Below, piece after piece: positions 31,837 to 42,171 of a DNA stretch of 64,000 nucleotides; the stretch's first letter is position 1, and every line of letters starts with the position of its first letter. The stretch comes from Patescibacteria group bacterium (GTDB taxonomy: Bacteria; Patescibacteriota; Microgenomatia; Levybacterales; UBA12049): contig DASYZL010000019.1 of the NCBI GenBank assembly GCA_035946335.1, positions 12,414 to 76,413 on the forward strand. The letters run 5' to 3'. The notes below the pieces were generated by a model that saw only the letters and a list, made by a program, of their open reading frames with translations, made no database searches and was not told the DNA's origin. The translations under genes were made by a program, and so were the position numbers.

Positions 31837-34800
31837 ATGGAAATTATTCAAAAATTTAAAGCTTATTTGCTTTCGCAGAGATCTGTTCCCTCAAAGGCAA
31901 CGGTAAAAAACTATATTGCTGATATTCATCACTTTATTGAATTCTGTGAAAACTCACTTCATCAGACGTTTTTACCTTCTGAAATACATGCGGAACAACT
32001 GGAAGCGTTCAAAATTAAAAAACTACAAGATTTATCAGCAAGTTCTGTTGAACGCCACTTCTCTTCACTTCGAAAATTCTTTATTTTCCTTAAACTCGAA
32101 GGATATATCGCTGTTACTCCGTTTGAAAAAGCCGAGATTGAAGCTCCTGTTTCAGTTGACCCGTTTCATTTAAAAGAATTTAAAGATTATCTCTATATCT
32201 ATAACGCATCGCATCTTACAATAAAAAACTACCTCATTGACATTAAGCAATTTCTCCATTGGGCAGAGGAAGTAACTAAAGTAAAAGATAATTATCAAAT
32301 AAGTGAGCAGAATGTCATGCATCTTGTGAATGATAAATTCATTGAGGAATATCGTGACAGATTACTCCGCGAGCAGATATTCTCTCCTGCTTCAATTAAC
32401 CGGAAACTTTCATCGCTTCGGAAATATCTTGCGTGGGCATCTGAACAGGGTTTATTGCAGTCGAGAACTCCTTTTATTACAAATATTACCGAAGATTTGC
32501 ATATTCTCCCACATACTGAAGCAGCAAATCTAACAGAATTCCCGATAAAATCAGGCTCATATTCAAAAATTCCTCCGGTGAGACTTTTTCAGAAAATACA
32601 TGAAGGATTCGATCTTATATTTGAGTATAGCGTTATTGTTCCTCTTGCAAAAGCTGCAGGAACATTCGGATACCACTTCTGGGTTATGAAAGGTAAACCA
32701 TTATTCGTGACAACAGCGCATATTGGTTTTTCACGTCTAAAAAATCCAGTACGATTTCGTAATATATCAAAAGCTGTCTATGAACCTCTTTCTCTTTCAA
32801 CAAAGCATTTTCCGCTGCATAAAAAAATAATGCATCATATCCGTTATTCAAGGCCGGACTGGTATCGCAATTATCGCTCTAATGCTGTAAGTGCTTATTT
32901 TAACTTAGCGATAATTGGAATTTTTATCCTTGCAATAGGATTCAGTGGCTATCTTGCCTTCGGCAGAAGATCACAATCAACGTTAGCAGCTCTCCCTACT
33001 GCTCCGCCAAGAATTTTATCTTTTCAAGGTAGACTGACAGACCAAAATAACAACGCAATAACAATAAACTCGAATTTGCGTTTTGCTATTTATAATGACA
33101 CGTCCGCCACTGGCTCCGGGCACATACTGTGGCAAGAAGTTGACAAGGTTACTCCCGACAGTGATGGCGTGTTTTCAGTTTTATTAGGTAATGGCTCTTC
33201 CTGCGGAGCTGATCCTACTGTGGTTGCTACTGGACCATGCCAGATTCCCTCAACACTTTTCACGCAGAATGCAACGCTTTACCTTGGTGTTACCATTGAA
33301 GCAACCTCAGAACTTACTCCGCGACAGCAACTTGCTACCGTTGCCTATGCCACAAATGCTGAAACCTTACAAGGACTTCCCCCAATCACTGCTGCTGGCG
33401 CAGGAACAAATAATGTCGTACTCGCACTTGATGGTTCGGGAAATTTATCTATTGGTGCTTCAACAACGTTTCAATCAACTTCCGGACAATTTACTCTTTC
33501 GGGAAATTCTATTGTACTCAATACAAATGCGGCTTCTAACGGCAACATTGTTTTAGCGCCAAATGGTTCGGGATTTATTGACCTTCAAAAACCACTACAT
33601 AATAGTACTTTAAATAACAATATCACTTCTGCTGCGGGGGCAGTAGAAGTGGATGGTCTCCTCGCAATATTAGCCACAAGCAGCGGGCAATCAGCTTTCA
33701 CTATCAATCAAAACGGAGCGGGTCCTATCATTAGCGCAAGTAGTAGTGGGAATGCTAAATTCACTGTTGATAATAGTGGAAACGTTACGGCGAACTGGTA
33801 CTATACAGGACTCGGTAATACTTACTATATCAATAACGCTACATCTAACCTTAACTCACTCACTTTAGCAGGAAACTTTAGTCTTTCGGGAAATGTCACG
33901 AGCAACCTTATTCCTTCAGCAGCGGACACATATAACCTAGGATCTTTGGGGAACGAATGGAATACGTTATACGCAAAAAACATCATCACTTCTTCATCTG
34001 CTGGTATTGGAACAGGTTTGTTTGGCAATGCAGAGCTGGTTGTGAATCAACCAAATGCTGCGGGAGATATTTTCACAGCTTCACAATCAGGAAACACCAA
34101 ATTTACCGTCGGTAACTCCGGTTCTCTCACCGCTGCCACCTTTAATACTGCAAACGGTGTCATATATAGTACCAATACATCAGGACTTCTCTCAGAAACA
34201 GCTGCGGGAACAACAGGACAGTGTTTTACCGGAAACACAGGGAGTGCACCGACATGGTCATCCTGCTCCTCTGCTGCATCAAACTTCTGGCAACTCAACT
34301 CCGGTGCGCTTGCTCCACTCAACATTACCAATGACCTCCTGATCGGTGGTGTCTCAACAGGCAGCGCAACCACTTCCTTCCAGGTATTTGCCAAAGCATA
34401 CAGCAATGATCAGGGCACTGTTCCTGCAGGAACAGCAACAACCAGCGGAAATATTGTGTTCAACGGAACTGGAACACAAGCATACAACCTTCTCAATAAC
34501 TCCTCCCTAGGTTTTTACACTTCCTACGGTGGAGACAAAGGACTCAGTGCCACCCCATCCCTGTTCATTGCCAACAGCGGAAGTAACGGGAATGGGAGTG
34601 GCTTTGTTGGGGTAGGGACAAACAGTCCAGGAGCAACACTTGATGTGAATGGCAACCTGCTCCTTGGTGCAAACAGCACCATTGATGCAAGATCCTCAGG
34701 AACCCTTACCATTGGTAACGGAGCAAATACATCAGGATTAACCCTTGGCAAATCAGGGGTAACAACAACATTCAACTCAACCTCATGGACTGCAACACCA

Positions 34801-37800
34801 ACCATTAGTGGACTCATCACGGCAAACGGAGGGTTAACAGTTGCATCAGGAAAGAACCTGATCCTTTCAGAACTGACTGCTGGCTCCGTACCGTTTGTTG
34901 GTGCCAGTAACATACTTTCCCAGGATAACAGTAACCTGTTCTGGAATTCCGGAAGTAAACAGCTTGGTATTGGCGCAAATAGTAACCTGGCAGGAACACT
35001 GGACGTGAGGACAACATCAGGAACCCTTTCTGTGGCTTCCATCTCAGGAGCTACCTCTTTTGCTGGACTTGTGGTTGATAACTCAGGTGTCGGTGATCTG
35101 TTCACTGCGTCATCATCAGGACTCAATCGATTTACCATTAAACAGAACGGAAACATTACTGATACAACTGCAACCAGCGTAAACTTCTCTGGTGCTGCGC
35201 TCACTGTTTCTTCGTGTACTGGATGCGGTGGAGGATCTAGTACATGGACGACCTTTACTAACAATTCCAATACAATCATCGATCCGAATCCTTTGACTGA
35301 TGCCCTGTCCATCGGGAACGCTGGAACAGGCAATTATCTTCCCTTCTCGAGTTTCTATGTTGAACCCTCCTTTAATTCTAAAGGCAATGCATTAGTAGGC
35401 ATTAATCAGACAGGTGGAGGCCCAATCTTTACTGCTTCGCAGTCAGGGAATACAAAGTTTGTTATTGACAACGCTGGCAACGTTGGGATAGGGACGACGA
35501 TACCATCTCAATCTTTACAAATTGCAGGAGGAAGTGTTTTGCTAGATAATGCCCAGTTTTACGAATTTAAAGACCATGCATCTGGAGCAACAAGAGGCAT
35601 ATTGACTTTAACCTCAGCGGATAATGTACAACTAAACAATGGAGCCGGAACCAATGGAGGAAATATACAAATAGGCATCACAAACTCTGCTAATACTACA
35701 GGTAAGATTGAGTTTTTAAATATAAATTCTGGAGGCACAGAGGTAGAAAGGATGCGACTTGATCCAAATGGACTTCTCGGTATTAATACAACATCTCCTC
35801 TAGGAATTCTTGATATAAGAGGAAACAATGTTAATGGGACGAACCCAATGAATGGCACCATCCCAATTGCCTCTTTCTCCGGTCAGACTTCTTTCGCCGG
35901 ATTGGTTGTTGACAACTCCGGAGTTGGAGATCTATTTACTGCATCATCGTCAGGATTGAATCGGTTTGTTATAACTCAGAACGGGAACGTTGGGGTGGGC
36001 ACAAGCACCCCAGCTCAACCGTTGACGATTAGCGGTACCAATAACTTCCTCGCACAATTAAATAACACCTCTGATTATGCCAGACTAAGACTAAATGGAG
36101 CTATCAATAAAGGAAGTGATTATATTTTTGGTTCTAATGGCAGTTCTCAGTTTGGTATGTATACGCAGGGCGGGAGTGGCGGCAATAATGATTTAGGATT
36201 TTTTCCTAACGATGGATCAATACCCGACTTATATATAACAAATAATACAACTAGCTCAAATACTATCGCAATGGGTGGCGGATTGAGTCAAGGAATGACT
36301 CCACTTGGCACGCTTGATTTGAGAGCTGCTTCTGCAACTCTTCCCGTTGCCTCAGTTTCTGGTAATACCACTTTTGCTTCTCTAGTCGTTGACAACTCGG
36401 GAGTTGGCGATATATTTACTGCTTCATCCAGCGGGCTGTCACGATTTACCATCCAGCAAAATGGTAATATCGTGCTTGGTGCTGATATATCAACACCCTC
36501 TGCGCTCACTGTTCGAGGCGGAATAGCTTCAGGTACCAACACTACAGGAGGAAATCTCACGTTTAATGCTTCCAATGGCACAGGTACAGGTGGATCAGGT
36601 TCTGTGATCTTCCAGACTGCGCCAGGAGGGGTGACTGTTGACTCGACAGCATATACTGTCACGGCAGCGGGTCCCTCCACGGTAAGCTGGAAACATACAG
36701 TCGGAACGGAAAATAATATGCTCTTGATTGTCAATGTCGGGTTGAGTACGGGTGCAGTCACGGTTTCGGGTGTAACGTACAATGGTGTCAGTTTATCTCA
36801 TATGACTTCAGCACCGGAACCTTGTACCGTCAACACGAGCTGCACTGCGGACATGTGGTATCTCAAGGCACCTGCAAGCGGGACAAACAGTGTCATTGTG
36901 ACACTGAGCGGAATAACTGCCAATGTCGTTGGCTCATCGATCTCACTATATAATGTTGATCAATCAAGTAATACTTTTGGAACCGCGGTGGTAGCGCAAA
37001 ATAGCAGTACCGGCACGGTGACGAACACAGTTACAACAGTCGCAAATCAGCTTGTTGTTGATTCCTTTTCAGCCCATGGAAGCGGCATCTGGAACAACGT
37101 CAGTCCCCAATCCGGATATGGCGAAGATAACAGCCATGGCTGGGGAGCTTCCTCTTATCAGGCAGCAACCGGAACAAGCACAGCAATGTCATGGAATAAT
37201 ACCGGGACATTGGATAAATGGGCGGATATTGCTGTGCCTATCAACCCGGTCTCAACGACCAGCGATAGCTTAGTTAACTCCCTATCCATAAATCCAGACG
37301 GAAATATAACCATAGGGTCTGCCTCTGCCCAGGAGCGTTCGCTTGCCGTCACCGGCACGTGGGGTGGCAATGTCGTTGTTGATGCACAGTCAGAAACAGG
37401 CGGAACAACACTTATCAACGAGTCAACGCCCGCTCTCGTGTATGATTTATCAAACAATCAGGGAACAAATGCAAACAACAGTACTGTTACGTTCAATATT
37501 ACCGCTTTGCCTAATGTTGATGGCACGTTCGCATTTATCCGTTCGCACGCTACTAAAGGAGTGACAGGATCAAACCAGAAAGATACTGTTGTGGTGCAAA
37601 TCAATGGAACAGAAATTACCTCAATTACAACAACAGCAAACACTACTGCGCAAGATGCATCAGGGAACTATGTGGTTTTTCGCTCAAACGGCGCGTGGCA
37701 TCTGGAGCTTGGGACCAACCAAAGTTCCAGTGACACTACCGATCTTGCTGAATGGATTCCGTTTGCTGGAGTTAAGCCACAACCTGGAGAGCTCGTCAGT

Positions 37801-39792
37801 GCTGCAACGCAATCAGGAGTTACTGTGCAAAAAACACAGGGTGCATATGACAGTAAGGTTTTAGGCATTATCACGACGAATCCGAATACGGTGTACGGAA
37901 AAGAAACGGCAGATTCAATTGTACTAGCCCTTGCCGGACGGGTTCCCACCATTGTTACGTCACTTTCCGGGAATATCGGACTGGGTGACGCGATTGTTTC
38001 CTCTCCTATTCCGGGTGTTGGTATGATTCCACAGCAAGCTTCAGAATCAGTCGGAAAAGCACTGGAATCATTTACTCCTACTGCTTCCACTTGCCAGACG
38101 GTATCTTCCTATGATGCCATTTCCTGGCCGGATGATAATGGCACAAACCAAAACCATCCGTGCTATGGCATTCCTGTTTCAGGATTTGACCAGCAAACGC
38201 AACAGACACTGATAAAACAATACGCTCTACTTCCTACAGACATTGTCTATGTGGGGAAAATTATGGCACTTACTAATCTTTCATATACCAGTCCTGTTAT
38301 CGCCTTAACAAATGCGGGAGACCTTACCATTGAACCAATTGCTTTAAGTGGTAACGGTATTGAAACGCAATATGGGGTTAAGACTACCCAAGGAAATCTT
38401 CTTACAGAGATCGGTTCTTTTGCAACAGCAGTCATTGGCAATATTCGTGCAGGTGGCATTTCAGCATCTGCTATTGCAACTAATTCCCTTTCCGTTGCTA
38501 CAGATAACGTTTCCATTAGCGGACAACCTCTTCGTGACTATATCATTGGGGTCGTGACTCAGGCAAACTTACTTGCGCAAAATAGTATTACTTCTCCTCT
38601 GGTAAGCGTTAGCACGATCCATACGAATATTATTTCACCGTTAACGAATACATCTCATATTGCTCTTGACCTTTCAAACTCTAGGTTAGAAATCAAAAAA
38701 GACGCAAGCGGTTCTGCTGTGGCTAGTATTGATACTAATGGCAATGCATCATTTTCAGGAACACTTAACTCGGAAAATATTGCAGTCAATAACGATGCAA
38801 CTGTTTCCGGAACACTCCATGTCCATAAAATCGTGGCTGATGAAATACTTGGGCAATCGGAAAATGTGAGTACAATTGCTGCGCAAAATATTACGAATGT
38901 TACGAATATTTATTTCGCAACACCCTCTGGGACACCTGCTGCTGAAAATATCGCTACAGGACTTGGCAATACAAGCACTCAATCAGGTGATTTGCTAGCA
39001 TCAGGCTTTTCACAGGCTTCACAATTCATGAATATTGCATCTTTTTCAGGTGAATTTGCCTATATCCCCAATCTCCACGCAACAACAGGATTGTTTGAAG
39101 AAGGACTTGCAGCGTTGGGACCGACAAGCCTGACGGATACCTCTATCAATGGACAGCTTACTATCGGCAAGCAACTCCTGCTTGCTGATACCAGCATTAA
39201 CGTCTTGGGTGGAGATCTGGAAATTCAACCACTGAAACAAGGTGGCGTATCGTTTGCAGATGGAACTATTTATATTGATAATAATGGCAATATCAAATTC
39301 AACGGCACAGCTACATTTAATGGTAAACTCGCAGTAAACATCATTTCCCCTTTAGGGAATGATAAAAATCTTAATCTGCAACTAGGAAAAAATGCAAGCG
39401 GCTCCGCCATTGCAATATCTGATTTGTCTGTAAACAATGCTTCAGGTTCAGGAATCTTTACTATTGACCAGCTAGGTAATCTGGTTGCTTCAGGAGCGGC
39501 AACTATTGCAAAGCTGAATTTTAATCTTGTACAACCGGCGCAGGCGTTATCTGATACAGAAGTTGTCGCGACCGGCTCAGCAGGAACAGCAGCAATTGCA
39601 CCCTATCAAACAGAAGTAACCATTGATAATCCTAATGTCACAGAAAATTCACTGATTTATATCAGTCCTGTTGGCAATATTTCCGGACAAACTCCCTATC
39701 TACGAAGGCAGGTTGCCGGTAGTTCATTTACCGTTGGTATCCCGCAAGACACACAATCACAAACATACTTTAACTGGTTAATCGTCAACTGA
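31837..39792 (+). CDS. Giant surface repeat protein of ~2650 aa. From N to C: two tandem phage-integrase-type SAM-like core-binding domains (cytoplasmic), a TM signal-anchor, SISG..[20 protein letters not shown] modules, the GD.VS...IPGVG domain and a C-terminal YFNWLIVN tail.
   Basis: 8-kb ORF. ATG at 31837 preferred ([11 protein letters not shown]...); the ORF track uses TTG 31777. The SAM-like repeats are [15 protein letters not shown]...[29 protein letters not shown] and [15 protein letters not shown]...[52 protein letters not shown]. Modules are shared with the 2998..8166 protein. Confidence 0.8.
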   Translation: [2651 protein letters not shown]

Positions 39793-39861
39793 ATGAGGCT
39801 ATTATTATTCCTTGACATTATACTTTTTACACTTGTATAGTAAGATAATCTCTATCAGCAC

Positions 39862-41958
39862 ATGTTTATGGAAACGGAAACATTTATAATAAAAAATAGA
39901 AAAAGAATCACTCTCATGCTTTCTCAAGCAACTATTTTTGTGTGGGGCATATTTTTTCTTTTCTTCCCGCTTCTGTTTCTGACGAATTTTACGGATGTAT
40001 TTGTCATACCCAAGCAAATCCTGCTTTGTCTTGCCGCGCTGTTGAGTATGGTTTTATGGGCAGCGCGTCTTTTTGTTAGCGGTAAAGTATCTATTCGAAG
40101 AACTTTCTTTGATGTTCCGCTGCTTTTGTTCGCAGCTGCACTGCTTCTTTCAGCAATTTTCTCAATTGACCGGTTCGATTCATTAACAGCAGTAGCACCT
40201 GTGCTATTTGGAGTGATCGGATTCTTCAGTATCACCAATGTTGTGCGAAAAGAGAATGCGGCACTCTTTCTACTCGCGTCATTTGTATTAAGTGCAATTA
40301 TTTGTTCACTTTTAATAATCTTCTCCTTTGTTAAGGTATATCCGCTCCCACTTGCCGCAACACATTTTAGGCAGTTTACCCCTTTTGGTTCCCTCCTTGA
40401 ACAGTTTGTGTATCTTCTTGTTGTCTTACTTATCACGCTATATTTTGCACTCCCGGTAATAAAAGGTAAAACAGATGCAAAAACGATTAGCGCAGTTATC
40501 GCAACACTAATCCTTTTTGCGGGAATAATAATAACAGGCATTAATATGGTACAAAATCCTCCGGTATTATTACCCTTTGAAACTGGTTTTCAAACAGCAT
40601 TTGCCGCGATTTCCCAAGACAGTGGACGAATAGCGCAAGGATTTTTCTTCGGAAGCGGGTACGGAACCTATGATACCGATTTTACAAGGTTTAAACAGCC
40701 AGCTTTCAATGCAAACCAAACGCTATGGACTGTTCCGTTTTCAAATTCTTCAAGCTATATCCTTGAGCTTTTAGCAACAGGAGGCTTTCTGGGTATTATG
40801 ACTTTTCTCTTTTTGCTTTTCCGTATTGTGGTTAATCCGAGTAAGAAATTTGCCAATCCAATCTTTTTGTCATTACTTACGCTTGCTTTAGCAACCTTTC
40901 TTTTACCATTCTCTTTCATAGAAGTAACGTTGTTACTTATGGTTTTGGGTTTGTTCGCAAACTTCGATGGATTACGACACACAAATAAGTACTTTGATGT
41001 CGAGTTACATGTTGTTGCATTGAAAAAAGGCCTATTATCTTTTGAGCAGGAAAGGGACGCATACGAAAATACAAACATTGTAGCCTATGGCATTGGTATC
41101 GTCTTTCTTGTACTCGTTGGGCTGCTGGGATATCTTGCTGGAACATATGTGATCGCTAATGCATATTTTCAACGGTCTCTGATAGAAGCAGCAATGAACA
41201 ATGGCAGTGCAACCTATCAGGATGAAGCTACTGCCATCAATATATTTCCATATCAAAGTATATATTACCGTATTTTTTCACAAACAAATATAGCACTGGC
41301 AAATGCGTTGAGCTCCTCGTTTACAAAAAACGGGAGTAAGCCAACACAACAGCAACAAAATACACTGTATCAATTTATTCAACAAGCAATTACCACAGGA
41401 AAACAAGCAACAATACTTTCTCCTCTTTCTGCTGCTGATTGGCAAAATCTTTCATCAGTCTACCGGTCATTAATCGGGGTTGGACAGAATGCGGACAGTT
41501 TTGCTGTACTTGCTTCACAACAGGCAGCGATACTTGATCCGTCGAATCCACAGGAATATATTGCACTTGGAGGTATTTACTACCAACTTGGACAATATGA
41601 TAGTGCAATCAGGCAATTTCAAACAGCTACCAATCTTAATCCAAGCTACCCAAATGCGTACTACAATTTGGGTCATGCGTACGAGCAAAAAGGAGATTTC
41701 CAAAATGCACTGAGCCAATACCAGATTGTCAAATCTTTAGTAACCTCACAAACTGATAAAAACCAAATCACTGCGGATATAAATACTATTCAGTCAAAAA
41801 TAAAAAATAATACGCAGCAACAAGCGCCAACAGCACAGCAAAACCAGTCATTAACAACACCCGTTGCAAATCCAACAAGCACGATTCTAAAACCCACGAA
41901 AAAACTTGATTTAACTGCTTCAACATCAGCTCCAATCAGTATATCCCCAACTCCTTAA
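39862..41958 (+). CDS. O-antigen ligase/polymerase-like polytopic membrane protein with C-terminal TPR repeats.
   Basis: 698 aa with about 12 TM helices, then TPR-like repeats (..YIALGGIYYQLGQYDSAIRQFQTATNLNPSYPNAYYNLGHAYEQKGDFQNALSQYQ..) and a Q/T/P-rich tail. Alternative start at 39916. Confidence 0.6.
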   Translation: MFMETETFIIKNRKRITLMLSQATIFVWGIFFLFFPLLFLTNFTDVFVIPKQILLCLAALLSMVLWAARLFVSGKVSIRRTFFDVPLLLFAAALLLSAIFSIDRFDSLTAVAPVLFGVIGFFSITNVVRKENAALFLLASFVLSAIICSLLIIFSFVKVYPLPLAATHFRQFTPFGSLLEQFVYLLVVLLITLYFALPVIKGKTDAKTISAVIATLILFAGIIITGINMVQNPPVLLPFETGFQTAFAAISQDSGRIAQGFFFGSGYGTYDTDFTRFKQPAFNANQTLWTVPFSNSSSYILELLATGGFLGIMTFLFLLFRIVVNPSKKFANPIFLSLLTLALATFLLPFSFIEVTLLLMVLGLFANFDGLRHTNKYFDVELHVVALKKGLLSFEQERDAYENTNIVAYGIGIVFLVLVGLLGYLAGTYVIANAYFQRSLIEAAMNNGSATYQDEATAINIFPYQSIYYRIFSQTNIALANALSSSFTKNGSKPTQQQQNTLYQFIQQAITTGKQATILSPLSAADWQNLSSVYRSLIGVGQNADSFAVLASQQAAILDPSNPQEYIALGGIYYQLGQYDSAIRQFQTATNLNPSYPNAYYNLGHAYEQKGDFQNALSQYQIVKSLVTSQTDKNQITADINTIQSKIKNNTQQQAPTAQQNQSLTTPVANPTSTILKPTKKLDLTASTSAPISISPTP

Positions 41959-42171
41959 AAGGATATAGTGGTAACCTGTGCAACTTTCCGTAATAGTCTC
42001 AGTAGATTTTCTTTATAATAATTCATGAACTGTAGTCTACTTTAGTACTCCATTGCAAATATGGATGAGTCTCATCAAGCATGCCGAACACTTTCCGTGC
42101 GAAACTGCGCCTTTCCCCCATATAGCATCAACAAGGTATTTGTGTGTAACTACGCATAAGACACAAAATAC

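Noticed and set aside
31837-32600. Integrase/tyrosine recombinase gene (mobile element) suggested by the SAM-like N-terminal domains.
   Set aside because: The core-binding domains are not followed by a catalytic domain (no R..H..R..Y tetrad). They continue in-frame into a TM segment and surface repeats, so this is not a functional integrase and the locus is not called a mobile element.
42136-42171. Imperfect hairpin (GTATTTGTGTGT...ACACAAAATAC) between the convergent O-antigen-ligase-like and GH27 genes as a bidirectional terminator.
   Set aside because: The stem needs a bulge, there is no U-run on either side, and it overlaps the GH27 stop codon. It is too weak to call.
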